A stretch of DNA of 64,000 bases, taken from assembly GCA_003151625.1 (NCBI GenBank), contig PLYC01000020.1:28981-92980 (forward strand). The letters run 5' to 3'. Positions 1 to 10,263 of this stretch are shown in pieces. Every line of letters begins with the position of its first letter. The first letter of the stretch is position 1. The notes beneath the pieces are model-generated. The model saw nothing but the letters and a program-made list of their open reading frames with translations. It had not been told where the DNA came from and did no database searches. This DNA comes from Candidatus Doudnabacteria bacterium. GTDB taxonomy: Bacteria > Patescibacteriota > Doudnabacteria > UBA920. A program made the translations under genes and the position numbers.

Positions 1-1054
1 ACTTACTTGCTTCGCGAAAGGCGTTAAAACCAGGAAAATGATTATATAGCCATTGATACACATAAGGAAATGGATCGCCAGCTTGTTTACCTAAAAAAAC
101 ACCTAATAGTGCAACACAACCAAAAAATAATACATTTTTATTCTTTCTGTTCAAAATTAATCCTAAAAAAGCAAAAAAAGGTATCAGGAAAAAATATAAC
201 GGAATCGGTTGTACTATAAAATCAGTGGTGTAGGATCCCGTCCAAGTATAAAAAAACAATGTTGTAGATTTCAATATATCAAAAAATGAGTCACCAAATA
301 AGGTTCTATTAAACAATTCATTACTTGTTATTGCATGCTGAAACAATAGCGGTACTAACCAATACAAATTAATAGCAATAAAAACCAGAATTGAAATTAT
401 TAGAAGAAAAAACGTATTTTTTTTAATCCTATTTATAAAAAGATGATAGTATACAACATACAGAGAAATTATACATAAACTTATATAAGTTATTCTAAAA
501 TCATAAGCAGAAGAAAAAAATAAAAAAAATAAGCAATAAATTAAATTATTTCCCCTGTCCTCTTTAAAAAATCTTAATAAAAAATAAAAAGATAGGGCCG
601 CCATTCCAAAGGCACAAAATAATGGAATGGAATTAGATGCCAACACGTCAACATTAAGCAAAAAGACTAATCCAGCGGCTAGTGCTGCAATTCTGGATTT
701 AAAAAGATATAGGACTATTAAATAGGCGCCGAAAAATAATGAAAAAACCATCGGGAAAAAAAACAACAATCTTTCAGTAATATTAAAATCAAGTTTAAAA
801 ATATTATGTAGAAATTGTTCAGCTGCGTTTAACGGAGCATACGTTAATGTTAAATTGGATGATCCGGTCGAGACATTAGCACTCCATGCTCCCCTAGAAG
901 AAAAAAAAGTGGATTGCAATTCTCTATTATAATAACCCCAGTCACCCTGACTAAGTATTCCAAAACTAAAAAACCAAGTATGAAATATTAAGACTAGAAA
1001 CGCAATAAGTATTGCATACCAATATTTAGAAACTAACCTACTAATTACTTTCAT
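1..1054 (-). CDS. polytopic membrane protein, 3' end runs off the window (possible Wzy-type polymerase or other glycan-related membrane protein); start ATG at complement of 1052-1054
   Basis: Manual reverse-complement translation from 1054 gives MKVISRLVSKYWYAILIAFLVLIFHTWFFSFGILSQGDWGYYNRELQSTFF... with no in-frame stop toward position 1; very hydrophobic, many predicted TM segments; absent from the ORF track presumably because it has no stop inside the window. Immediately downstream of the minus-strand glycan operon. Confidence 0.4.
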   Translation of the reverse strand, partial: MKVISRLVSKYWYAILIAFLVLIFHTWFFSFGILSQGDWGYYNRELQSTFFSSRGAWSANVSTGSSNLTLTYAPLNAAEQFLHNIFKLDFNITERLLFFFPMVFSLFFGAYLIVLYLFKSRIAALAAGLVFLLNVDVLASNSIPLFCAFGMAALSFYFLLRFFKEDRGNNLIYCLFFLFFSSAYDFRITYISLCIISLYVVYYHLFINRIKKNTFFLLIISILVFIAINLYWLVPLLFQHAITSNELFNRTLFGDSFFDILKSTTLFFYTWTGSYTTDFIVQPIPLYFFLIPFFAFLGLILNRKNKNVLFFGCVALLGVFLGKQAGDPFPYVYQWLYNHFPGFNAFREASK

Positions 1055-1058
1055 TGTT

Positions 1059-1901
1059 TTAATAAAAATCCTTGAGTTCTTTAATTTGCTCGTGAATTGA
1101 AGGAATGATATCTTGAAAATATTTCTCTTGCTCAACGGAAGGGATAAGAGTGCGATCGCTTATGTTCTTTTCTTCTGGGATTACTTGTACATCTTTTTGG
1201 AAAATTTCTTTAAAAGAGTCTAACAATTTGTATTTACTTAACTTATCAGAAGTTATCTGGATAAGGGGCTTTTCGAAATTCAAATTATTTTCTATTATTC
1301 TCTCCATTATTTTGGCAATAGTCAAAGTAGTGACACCATTCCACATAACATTTTTATAACCCACAACTTTTTTATCCGTTACATTAAGAAACCAATCCAG
1401 TAAGTTTTTTGAGACATCCCTCTCCCTCCCGATTATAGAAGTGCGAATGGTTAAATTAGGCAGTTGCTTTAACTCTCCTAAATATTTAGAAACACCATAG
1501 ATAGATGTTTCGTCTGGAATATCCACTTCACTATAAGACCCTTTTCTCCCAGAAAAAATACAATCAGTGCTGAAGTGAATTAAGCGGACGCCGCCAGCTA
1601 AACATATTTGAGATAAAATTTGAGGAAAAATAGAATTAATTAAAATAGCCTTTTTGAAATCTTCGGATGTGTCAGTTGGACGAATAAAGCCTATACAATT
1701 TAAAACATATTCAGGTTTTTCGATTTTAATAATTCGCTGAATATTTTCTCTAAAATTTTCGTCGATATTAAAAAATATTCCACTATTTTTTACATTCTCC
1801 CTGTTTGTGCCTACAACAAAAAAATCACTATTTTTTAAAAAATATGCCTTGATGGCATTTCCTAACATCCCCTGTTCTCCTAAAAGCAAAATCTTTTTCA
1901 T
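1059..1901 (-). CDS. RmlD-family NAD(P)-dependent sugar-nucleotide reductase (dTDP-4-dehydrorhamnose reductase-like; WbvR/FnlB-like partner of the adjacent dehydratase)
   Basis: 280 aa; N-terminal Rossmann motif LLLGEQGMLGNAI; length and layout typical of RmlD substrate-binding-domain proteins; sits directly downstream of a PseB/FnlA-like 4,6-dehydratase. Confidence 0.7.
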   Translation of the reverse strand: MKKILLLGEQGMLGNAIKAYFLKNSDFFVVGTNRENVKNSGIFFNIDENFRENIQRIIKIEKPEYVLNCIGFIRPTDTSEDFKKAILINSIFPQILSQICLAGGVRLIHFSTDCIFSGRKGSYSEVDIPDETSIYGVSKYLGELKQLPNLTIRTSIIGRERDVSKNLLDWFLNVTDKKVVGYKNVMWNGVTTLTIAKIMERIIENNLNFEKPLIQITSDKLSKYKLLDSFKEIFQKDVQVIPEEKNISDRTLIPSVEQEKYFQDIIPSIHEQIKELKDFY

Positions 1902-1971
1902 ATTTGATTTGATGAATTATTTCGATTTACGGGAAATAAAACACCTGCAGATTTCTTTATTTTTTAATATT

Positions 1972-3069
1972 TTATTTTCTAACCCACCCTTCAGAAACAA
2001 AAAATCTTTTTAGGTCCTTTTCGTTTAAACTTCGCAGATAATTAGTAGCCTCATTTTTATAATTTAAATTAAACCAACCATCTCTTTCTAATAAAGACTC
2101 AATTTCTTTTTGAGATAGCATGTGAGTATTATTTGAATTAAATTCTTCTAACCCAATCCTTACATTTAACTTGCCTTTATAAAAATCTTCGATTCTTTTT
2201 ATCTTTATTTGAGGCAAAATAACAAAATATTCATCTATTTCGAACGTCATAGGCATTTCGTATTTTGATACTAAAACTTCAAATAACTTTTCTCCTGGGC
2301 GAATACCAATATGTTTGATCTTGCTATTTTTATCGCCCAGTTTATTAATTAAAACCTTAGCCAAATTAATAATTTTACACGCCGGCGTTCTCATAACAAA
2401 AACCTCGCCACCCACGGAATTAACAGCGGCGTTCAAGACCAGCTCAATTGCTTCCTCTACCCTCATCAAAAACCTCGTCATCCCCTCATCGGTGATGGTT
2501 ATTTCGTTTAATCTAAAAAGCTGCTCCTTAAACAAAGGGATGACGCTCCCATTGGTTCCCATAACGTTACCACCCCTTATACAGACAAATTTTGTATCAT
2601 CAATTAGATTTGCCGCAATCACTAATTTTTCACCACATGCTTTGGTCACTCCGTAAAGATTAAACGGATCAACGGCTTTATCCGTCGAGACATCAATAAC
2701 TTTTTTAACCTTGTTCTCTATTGCGACTTCTATGATATTTTGAGTGCCTATAATATTAGTTTTAACAGCTTCCCATGGATTTTCTTCGCAAACAGGAACA
2801 TGTTTTAACGCCGCTAAATGAAAAACATAATCCACGCCATTCATTACCATGATTAATCGATCTTTGTCTCGAACATCTCCGATGTAATATTGAATCCTGT
2901 CGTCTTGAAATCTTCTTTTCATTTCAACTTGCCTCTGCTCGCCTCGCGAGTAAATCCTTATTTGCTTTGGGTTATATTTTTCTAATAATTGCCTGGTTAA
3001 TTCATTGCCCCAAGATCCAGTTCCGCCGGTTATTAAAATTGTCGAACTCCCAAAAAAATCTTTTTTCAT
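1972..3069 (-). CDS. UDP-N-acetylglucosamine 4,6-dehydratase, CapD/PseB/FnlA family
   Basis: 365 aa; ILITGGTGSWGNEL Rossmann motif, IYSRGEQ, and the family hallmark VSTDKAVDPFNLYGVTKACGEKL (STDKA..P.NLYG.TK). Confidence 0.75.
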   Translation of the reverse strand: MKKDFFGSSTILITGGTGSWGNELTRQLLEKYNPKQIRIYSRGEQRQVEMKRRFQDDRIQYYIGDVRDKDRLIMVMNGVDYVFHLAALKHVPVCEENPWEAVKTNIIGTQNIIEVAIENKVKKVIDVSTDKAVDPFNLYGVTKACGEKLVIAANLIDDTKFVCIRGGNVMGTNGSVIPLFKEQLFRLNEITITDEGMTRFLMRVEEAIELVLNAAVNSVGGEVFVMRTPACKIINLAKVLINKLGDKNSKIKHIGIRPGEKLFEVLVSKYEMPMTFEIDEYFVILPQIKIKRIEDFYKGKLNVRIGLEEFNSNNTHMLSQKEIESLLERDGWFNLNYKNEATNYLRSLNEKDLKRFFVSEGWVRK

Positions 3070-3078
3070 GATTTAATA

Positions 3079-4062
3079 TTACAATTTAATATTTGAAATT
3101 AAAAACTTTTTAAGTCGTTGTGGCATAAAATTAATTTTATGTATTAATTGCCAATCAGAAATTACCCTTTTAGCTTGTACTGAATTACGGAATGCTAAAA
3201 TAGCTCTTAAATTATAGATTGCTTCATTTAAAATTGTGAATGTAATATTCTTCGCGTATTTAAACTTTCCCGTCAACACATAGCCAATTGATAGTGAAAT
3301 ATAAAAAAATAGGAAATAGGAAAGAGCGAAAGGGAGAAACAATAAAGAATAGTTATTCATTATACAATTGAACTCACCTTTTACATAATATGATAACTTT
3401 TCGGGGGAAAAAGTTCCTATTACTCCACCCCCATAATGATATAAATATGTGTCATTAAGAAAAAAATGTTTGTAGCCCATTAAATTTAGGCGCCAACATA
3501 AATCAACATCTTCTGAGTAGAGAAAAAAGTTTTCGCAAAATCCACCTACCTTTTTGAAAACACTTCTCGTTATAAATAGCGGGCATCCTGTATTATGAAA
3601 TATTTTATCTTTGTCAAAATTTATAACTGGTGCAGCTATAAAATCTATCGTTGAACCATAGCCCAAATTTCCACTTAAATTCTGTTCTTCATAATCCACT
3701 ATAGCACAGCCGATTGTGCCAACCACACTTTTGTTTTGTATCAAATTATATTGCGTAATAAATTTAAAAATAAAATCTTTTTCAACATACATATCCTCAT
3801 TAAAGAACATAAGAAAATCCCCTTTAGCACTTTGAGCTCCCATATTACATGCGTGCCCATATCCTAAATTTTTGCTTCTCACAATCTTAACTAATTGATA
3901 GTTATCCTTTATATAATCAACGCTACCATCATTTGAATTATTATCAACAAAAATAATCTCAAAATTCTTATATGTTTGAGACAATAACGAATCAAACAGC
4001 TTTTTAAGCCATTTTTTGCCATTATAATTTACAATTATGATTGAAATCAGTGGATTATTCAT
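3079..4062 (-). CDS. glycosyltransferase family 2
   Basis: 327 aa; ISIIIVNYNGKKWLKKLFDSLLSQTYKNFEIIFVDNNSNDGS GT-A N-terminal signature; DxD-type motif (EDVD). Confidence 0.8.
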   Translation of the reverse strand: MNNPLISIIIVNYNGKKWLKKLFDSLLSQTYKNFEIIFVDNNSNDGSVDYIKDNYQLVKIVRSKNLGYGHACNMGAQSAKGDFLMFFNEDMYVEKDFIFKFITQYNLIQNKSVVGTIGCAIVDYEEQNLSGNLGYGSTIDFIAAPVINFDKDKIFHNTGCPLFITRSVFKKVGGFCENFFLYSEDVDLCWRLNLMGYKHFFLNDTYLYHYGGGVIGTFSPEKLSYYVKGEFNCIMNNYSLLFLPFALSYFLFFYISLSIGYVLTGKFKYAKNITFTILNEAIYNLRAILAFRNSVQAKRVISDWQLIHKINFMPQRLKKFLISNIKL

Positions 4063-4099
4063 AATTAGCTAATGTTCTAAATCTATTTTTTGACACTTA

Positions 4100-5086
4100 T
4101 CACTTCCTTTTTGATTTATAATATTCCAAAAACCCAACCACGCTGCCACGAATTGCTCCCAATTGGGAAGATTGTTTTGTTATAATAAATTGATAAAAAT
4201 AATAACAGTCCTGAAAAATTATATAAGAAACAAATCTAACGCCCTTAGAGAAGGAGTCTAATTTTATATTACGCAAATAGAATATAATAAAATTAACCAT
4301 TCGCGGATAACTGCTTGGTCGGTCATTGAAGAAACCGTCTTGGGAAGGGCAATGATACAAAATTACTTTAGGATTAAAAATCAGTTTATAACCCAAATTT
4401 TTAATCTTGAAAGAAGCGTCTCCCTCGTGATAATCGCCCACTCCGGTATAAGTAACGTCAAATCCCCCGATTCTCCTCAAAAGATTCGTTCTAACCGAAA
4501 AATTACAGGCTTCTAAATTATTAACTTCCTGAAAATTTTCCTTGAGAGACCCTGGATAACTTGATCCCAGAGAGAAGGCGCCAGATTTAAACCAGTGGCT
4601 TACCTTATATGGCTCGCCTTCCATAAGAAAATTAAAATATATTTCCCCGATTATTTTCCAGAAAAAATTTCCGTCTTTAAATTTTCTTTCGAAAGAAAAC
4701 AAATCTCTATTTTTTATATATTCTTCCGGAATAATACTCGGGCCGGTCACGCCGCCAATTCTTTCGTCTTGTCCAAATGTTTCCTTAATTGATTCGAGCC
4801 AACGCTCACGCATGACAACATCATCATCGGTTCTAATAAAAATTTCTCCTTTAGCTTTTTCAAGGGCTAAATTAGCTGCTCTCGATAGACCCTTTTCCAT
4901 CTGATTAATAATTACGATATTTAAAATTTTCTTGTATTCGTCTATTAATTTAAAAACCTCATTTTTTGATCTGTAGTCAACAATAATAGTTTCAAAATTC
5001 TTATAAGTTTGATTTTTAAGAGAGTCTAAAACTTTTTTCAAACTTTCCTTCCTATTTCCTGTTGGAATGAAAACTGATATAAACAT
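4100..5086 (-). CDS. glycosyltransferase family 2
   Basis: 328 aa; SVFIPTGNRKESLKKVLDSLKNQTYKNFETIIVDYRS GT-A signature; TDDDV motif. Confidence 0.8.
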   Translation of the reverse strand: MFISVFIPTGNRKESLKKVLDSLKNQTYKNFETIIVDYRSKNEVFKLIDEYKKILNIVIINQMEKGLSRAANLALEKAKGEIFIRTDDDVVMRERWLESIKETFGQDERIGGVTGPSIIPEEYIKNRDLFSFERKFKDGNFFWKIIGEIYFNFLMEGEPYKVSHWFKSGAFSLGSSYPGSLKENFQEVNNLEACNFSVRTNLLRRIGGFDVTYTGVGDYHEGDASFKIKNLGYKLIFNPKVILYHCPSQDGFFNDRPSSYPRMVNFIIFYLRNIKLDSFSKGVRFVSYIIFQDCYYFYQFIITKQSSQLGAIRGSVVGFLEYYKSKRK

Positions 5087-5103
5087 AGTTTTTAAAACCT
5101 TTA

Positions 5104-5982
5104 TTAGTATACTATTCTTTCGAGTTTTCCCAAAAAATACCCTGTTTTATAAGGAATCCCCTTAATAAGCAACAATAATACTGATGCAAAACTCTCTTTC
5201 CACGTTCCTTCCTGGAATAATCCCTTTCTAAATCTCTCTTTCTCATTTAAAAGCTTTGTATACTTATTCGTCCTAGCACCAACGCTTGTATACCCCCACC
5301 TGTAAAATTTACGCCATATAACCAAAAGAGAGTTGGGCTCGATATGTTTTACGGCGTTTGGTAATAAATCAACTCTGTGGCTAATATTCCACGCTTCAAA
5401 ATAAATAATTGCATGATCTTGACCACCCACATTTTCAAGAACATCGATGGGGATATTGGCAAATGCCTTTTTAAGTATTTCCGTTCTATAAAATCTCGGC
5501 AACATTGCACCAGTTAACGGGTCAAAATCCTTTACTCTATGAATTAACTCTCTATCATAATGAAATAATTTTTCGATAAAATTATCACACCTATATACAT
5601 CTTCTTCTAAAATTAGCATATCTTTTGCGCTATCCATTTCAGCAATGGCTCTTTCAACACAGGTTGATTCCAGGATTTGATCGCTGTCAAGAAGCAAGAT
5701 ATACTCGCCATTTGCAATTTTCAAACCTTCATACCTAGCTCCCAAAAGAGCCTCCGGATAGTTTATAATTTTCGCTCCAAATTTTCTTGCTATTTCAATA
5801 GTATTGTCCTTTGAATTGCCATCAATAATATTAATCTCAATATTTTTGTACGTCTGACGGCGGACGGCATCAAGGCATCTCTCCAAAAAGAAAGCGCTAT
5901 TGAACGTTGGAATTGAAATTGTAACTAATGATTTACTCATGTTCCATATTTTTTTATTTGATGATATGTGTTCCTTTGGCAC
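5104..5982 (-). CDS. glycosyltransferase family 2
   Basis: 292 aa; VTISIPTFNSAFFLERCLDAVRRQTYKNIEINIIDGNSKDNT; LLDSDQ motif. Confidence 0.75.
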   Translation of the reverse strand: MPKEHISSNKKIWNMSKSLVTISIPTFNSAFFLERCLDAVRRQTYKNIEINIIDGNSKDNTIEIARKFGAKIINYPEALLGARYEGLKIANGEYILLLDSDQILESTCVERAIAEMDSAKDMLILEEDVYRCDNFIEKLFHYDRELIHRVKDFDPLTGAMLPRFYRTEILKKAFANIPIDVLENVGGQDHAIIYFEAWNISHRVDLLPNAVKHIEPNSLLVIWRKFYRWGYTSVGARTNKYTKLLNEKERFRKGLFQEGTWKESFASVLLLLIKGIPYKTGYFLGKLERIVY

Positions 5983-6000
5983 CTATAAAATCTCCGTAAC

Positions 6001-6870
6001 CTATTTCAAAATTGATTTCCTTGCTCCACTCTCCCTTCCCGCCAAATATCCGGCTCCGCCAAATCCAAATTTGAAGATATTGTATATTAAAAATTCGAGG
6101 CTCAATATCGGATGCTCAATAAATTTTTTCCAGTTTTTTGCGTATACTCCCCTAAAAAAACCCAATTGCTGCGGAGCTTCTTGCTTGTTTTCTTGAACGT
6201 AATTTACAAAGTTTTTTCCATAATGATAATATTTCTTCATATGTTTCCAAAAACTTTTTGGCTCTCCCAAATGTAAAGCCTCCGCCTCTATAAATCCCGT
6301 TTTATATCCACTTCTGTTCAATTTGTTTTGAAAATCATAATCTTCTCCGGCGATAATTTTTTCATTAAAACCGCCTATTTTCGCGTGAACTTCTCTTTTT
6401 ATAAATCGTGCCGATGAATGCGTAAGGTCATATTTATACATATCAACTTCAAATTTTCGCACCTTTGCAATCCATGAAACGGTTACGTCAGGAGAGTTGT
6501 GCACCACGATAGCATCATAGCCTTTTGCAGCTTCGGCAACACATTGCTCAACAACTTTATCATCCAAAACGAAGTCAGAATCAACCTTATAAACATATTT
6601 GCCACTAGCCTTAGTGACTCCATAATTAACCTGTGCACTTCGTTCCGGTCCGTAGTTAAAAACCTTGTCGGTATATTTCTTTGCAATCTCTTTTGTATCG
6701 TCGGTGCTGTTATTATCGACCACGATCAGCTCGATATTTTTGTAGCTTTGGTTTTTTATCGACTTCAAACATGCTTCAAGCGTTCTTGAAGAATTTTTTG
6801 TGGGAATAATGACCGAGACAAGAGGATTATCCATTGATTTTCTCCATGAACTGCCGATAGGAATTTTCAA
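6001..6870 (-). CDS. glycosyltransferase family 2
   Basis: 289 aa; VSVIIPTKNSSRTLEACLKSIKNQSYKNIELIVVDNNSTDDT; VDSD motif. Confidence 0.8.
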   Translation of the reverse strand: MKIPIGSSWRKSMDNPLVSVIIPTKNSSRTLEACLKSIKNQSYKNIELIVVDNNSTDDTKEIAKKYTDKVFNYGPERSAQVNYGVTKASGKYVYKVDSDFVLDDKVVEQCVAEAAKGYDAIVVHNSPDVTVSWIAKVRKFEVDMYKYDLTHSSARFIKREVHAKIGGFNEKIIAGEDYDFQNKLNRSGYKTGFIEAEALHLGEPKSFWKHMKKYYHYGKNFVNYVQENKQEAPQQLGFFRGVYAKNWKKFIEHPILSLEFLIYNIFKFGFGGAGYLAGRESGARKSILK

Positions 6871-7927
6871 AATTAATCTCTTTACTCCATTCCCAGCCGT
6901 TTTTTTGCAGTCGTTCGTATTCTTCCTTATTTTTCAAGAGTTTTATAATGTTTTCCGCCAGATTTTTAGGCGTATTCGTTTCACACATGATTCCCGTTTT
7001 CCCGTTTTTTACGCTATCACATAAACCGTCCGCGTTGTAAATTACTGCCGCCGTTCCCTGGCTGGCCGCTTCGGTAACAGTAAGCCCCCAGCCTTCCTTT
7101 ACGGCAGCCGCGGCAATAATGTGACTTTTTTGCATAAGCTCAATTTTCTTTTCCTTGCTTACCTTGCCTAAATATTTGACTGAAGAAGCATAGCGAGAAT
7201 TTTTTATGTGCGTGAGAATTTTTGCTCCATATCGACCATTGGCGTCCCCAGCAATAACAAGTTCCAGATTGGGAGTGGACGCTTTCGCGACTTCAAACGC
7301 TTTGACTATATGGCTGGTGCGCTTCATGGCGCGAACAGAGCCAAGCGCGAGAATGGTGGGATTCTCGTATTTTTGCGCCGATTCAAGATTAGGCACGGGC
7401 TCAATTTCTATTCCCTCGCTTATTATAGCAACATTGTCGGGCTTAAAGCCATAACGCGCCAGATCTTTTTTTGTGCTCTCCGATACCGTTATAACTTTTA
7501 TGTCCGAAAGTAACCATAGATAGATTGGCTCAATCACATACCCTAGAACATTCAACGGAAACGGCATTTCGTAAAACCAAATTTCGCGACAAAGCTGGTG
7601 TATAAACAGAATATTCTTTTCCTTAACGTAAAACTTGCAAAAAAACGGTAAAGTATTTACTTCGTCAATCGCCAAGTTTGCCCAGCTGCGCAGGTTTTTC
7701 CTATAGTAACGATATGCCTTCCAATATACGCTCCACCGATTACCGAGCCGCACTACGCGGTAACCGTCAATTTTTTCTTCGGGCAGACATCCTTTAAATC
7801 CCCCGACTAAAAAAATCACCTCATGCCCATCGCGCACGAGCCGCTTCGCAATTTCCTCATTGACAACCTCTGCTCCCCCGCTTAAAGGATGCGCCCGGTC
7901 TTTCCATGTAAACCATAAAATTTTCAT
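6827..7927 (-). CDS. glycosyltransferase family 4 (GT-B fold)
   Basis: 366 aa; N-terminal MKILWFTWKDRAHPLSGGAEVV, C-terminal EGWGLTVTEAASQGTAAV (E-x7-E-type motif); overlaps the upstream GT2 by 44 bp. Confidence 0.75.
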   Translation of the reverse strand: MKILWFTWKDRAHPLSGGAEVVNEEIAKRLVRDGHEVIFLVGGFKGCLPEEKIDGYRVVRLGNRWSVYWKAYRYYRKNLRSWANLAIDEVNTLPFFCKFYVKEKNILFIHQLCREIWFYEMPFPLNVLGYVIEPIYLWLLSDIKVITVSESTKKDLARYGFKPDNVAIISEGIEIEPVPNLESAQKYENPTILALGSVRAMKRTSHIVKAFEVAKASTPNLELVIAGDANGRYGAKILTHIKNSRYASSVKYLGKVSKEKKIELMQKSHIIAAAAVKEGWGLTVTEAASQGTAAVIYNADGLCDSVKNGKTGIMCETNTPKNLAENIIKLLKNKEEYERLQKNGWEWSKEINFENSYRQFMEKING

Positions 7928-7955
7928 ACCAAATTCCCGATGATTGAGGAAACAT

Positions 7956-8903
7956 TTATAATTTCTTTTTTCGTATCACGTACATCGGCCGGTTTGTGGT
8001 CTCGTTCTGTATATTCTCAATGTAGAGCGCGACAACCCCGAGACACATAAGAACAATGCCGATAAGAAATACATTGATAATGGCAAGCTGGGCGGAACCC
8101 GAAATATGCCAGCTCAAAGCATCATGGAAAACATAACGCTCAAAGAATACCGCTATGCCGAGCAGTCCTGAACAGAAAGTGATAAAAGTCCCAAGGTAGC
8201 CCGCGATACGAAGGGGAAACAGGCTATGGGAAACAAAGGAATACATTGCCAAATGAAAAAGCTTTCCCAAAGAATATTTTGCTTGCCCGTTCGCCCGTTC
8301 GTTCGCGTTAAACTCAATGTATTCCCGCCTAAACCCAAGCCAGTCAATTAGCGCCCTGGTGTTTCTTTGGCGTTCCGTAAAGGTATTAAAAGCATCAGCG
8401 ACCGAGCGGTTAATGAGCCGGAAATCGGTTTCCCGCGGAACCATAGCGGTATTGGAAATCGCACCTATAAGTTTGTAATACAGTGTCGCGCCACACTTCT
8501 TTATCAGGGAATAGCTTTTATTGTTCGCCCGGACGCCCACGACCACCTCTGCGCCATTTTGCCATTTCTCCAAAAAAAGCGGAATAAGTTCGGGAGGATG
8601 CTGAAGGTCGGCGTCAAGCATAATAACGGCGGCTCCGCGGGCATGGCGGATGCCGGCAGAGGTTGCTATTTCCTTGCCAAAATTCCTGGAAAAAGAAATA
8701 AGCTTAACCCGGAGGTCGCTTTGGGTCAATTTTTCTATCTCTGCGGCAGTACCGTCCGCGCTGCCGTCGTCAATAAACAAAAACTCGGCATCGTAGCGGG
8801 AGTTGAGGGATACAAAAACGCCCGTGAGCGCTTGGTGTAAGCGCGACAGATTGTCCTTTTCGTTATAGCAGGGAATAACGACTGAAATAAGCGGATGTTC
8901 CAT
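7956..8903 (-). CDS. polyprenyl-phosphate glycosyltransferase (GtrB/ArnC/DPM1-like GT2 with C-terminal TM helices)
   Basis: 315 aa; ISVVIPCYNEKDNLSRL...IDDGSADGT, MLDADLQHPPE motif, and two C-terminal hydrophobic helices typical of Und-P sugar transferases. Confidence 0.75.
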   Translation of the reverse strand: MEHPLISVVIPCYNEKDNLSRLHQALTGVFVSLNSRYDAEFLFIDDGSADGTAAEIEKLTQSDLRVKLISFSRNFGKEIATSAGIRHARGAAVIMLDADLQHPPELIPLFLEKWQNGAEVVVGVRANNKSYSLIKKCGATLYYKLIGAISNTAMVPRETDFRLINRSVADAFNTFTERQRNTRALIDWLGFRREYIEFNANERANGQAKYSLGKLFHLAMYSFVSHSLFPLRIAGYLGTFITFCSGLLGIAVFFERYVFHDALSWHISGSAQLAIINVFLIGIVLMCLGVVALYIENIQNETTNRPMYVIRKKKL

Positions 8904-8911
8904 ATTTTGTA

Positions 8912-10219
8912 TTATATACCTACAATAGGCTGGGCTTCAAGGAATCGTTTTTTCCCGGACCACAGATTTAAACAAAGGACTAAAACGTAACCGCACATAA
9001 ATGCCATAGTGATTGCCAGCGCTATCTCACGGATGCTCGCGTGGAAAAGAGCGACGCCGGACGCGGCGAGCGCAATGGTGGCAAGGAGCGCAAACGAAAC
9101 CCAATAAAGGTGCCGCGCGTACGCAAAGTTCGCTTCAAGCGTAAGAATGGAAAGAAAAAAGGTTAGCGGGCCAAAAAGCCAGAGGTCGTTTGCCACGGAA
9201 AGATATTTTGCGCCAAAAAGCATATGTACCGTAAGGCTTGGAAAAACAGCAAAAAGTAAAGAGCCGCCCGCGCTTATTACCGCAATGGCTCCATAGGCGA
9301 ACAAAACGGTCTTTAAGCCCGCCCTTTGTCCTTCGTGTCCCGCGGCATACACGCTCGGCAATACGGAAGCGATAACCGCCGCGTTTAACGTCAGAATAAC
9401 GGTCCCCAGGGTATGGAGCGCACCGTAAAATCCGGTCATCTCCGAGGATGTCAGGTTTTTCACCAAAAAAATATCTATATTGCCGAGCAGGATCATGAGC
9501 AGGGTAAAAATAAAGACATGCCGCATCTCCCGCCGGAAATTAAATTTCGCGTAATACGTTTGCTGCCAGTCGCCGCTGGGCGCCTCTTTTGTTTTTCCGC
9601 CGGGAAAATATAGCTTATAAAATAAAATGTAAGACAAAAGCCCGACGGCAGATCCAATAACAAACGAAAAAAGTACGGCGGACGCAGTAGGAAAAAATAA
9701 AACAATGATATAACCGGCAACCAGCTTTCCGGCCGCGCCTAAAATTCCCGCCAGGCCCACCGGAAGAAAATGTTCCCAGCCGGTAAGCGCTGAACTGTAT
9801 ATGGATATATATATGCCACCGAGAGAGGCGATTATTATAAAGATAAGCCCGTAATAACCGGACAAATGGAGTACCAGTACAATAAACGGTGTAAGTACAA
9901 GCAAAAGCCCAAAATATATAAAAACCCCTTTGTTGATTTTTGCCCTTGCCCACTCCATAAAGGCTTGGTTAGAGGCAAAATCTTTCGCTTTCCAAAAAAC
10001 GGGAAAAAACTTGAGAAAGAGATAGCCCAGCATTGATGCTACGGCGCCTGTTGTAAGAAACAGCGAATTCAGACTCTGAAATTCGCCATACCCGGCAACG
10101 GTCAGCCTTCGCGAAATTACGAATTGAAAAAAATAACCAAAAACCCCGGCAATAAGAGCTCCGAGGCTTAAGATGACGCTGTTCTTTACGAGCTTGTCTT
10201 TTAAAAAAAATTGGCGCAT
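8912..10219 (-). CDS. MOP-superfamily polysaccharide flippase (Wzx/MurJ-like)
   Basis: 435 aa, roughly 12 predicted TM helices, N-terminal VKNSVILSLGALIAGVFGYFFQFVISRRLTVAGYGEFQSLNSL typical of polysaccharide biosynthesis/flippase proteins; first gene of the minus-strand glycan operon. Confidence 0.55.
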   Translation of the reverse strand: MRQFFLKDKLVKNSVILSLGALIAGVFGYFFQFVISRRLTVAGYGEFQSLNSLFLTTGAVASMLGYLFLKFFPVFWKAKDFASNQAFMEWARAKINKGVFIYFGLLLVLTPFIVLVLHLSGYYGLIFIIIASLGGIYISIYSSALTGWEHFLPVGLAGILGAAGKLVAGYIIVLFFPTASAVLFSFVIGSAVGLLSYILFYKLYFPGGKTKEAPSGDWQQTYYAKFNFRREMRHVFIFTLLMILLGNIDIFLVKNLTSSEMTGFYGALHTLGTVILTLNAAVIASVLPSVYAAGHEGQRAGLKTVLFAYGAIAVISAGGSLLFAVFPSLTVHMLFGAKYLSVANDLWLFGPLTFFLSILTLEANFAYARHLYWVSFALLATIALAASGVALFHASIREIALAITMAFMCGYVLVLCLNLWSGKKRFLEAQPIVGI

Positions 10220-10263
10220 AGGTGCCTTTAAAAACGAAATTACGGCCCGGGGAATTTATTAGT

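Noticed and set aside
8367-8840. 157-aa plus-strand ORF antisense to the GtrB-like gene (and similar antisense ORFs, e.g. 10665-11009, 32690-33145, 51040-51543, 53060-53809, 62492-63497)
   Set aside because: Each lies entirely inside a well-supported gene on the opposite strand and has no recognisable motifs; treated as antisense artefacts of GC-richer coding sequence.
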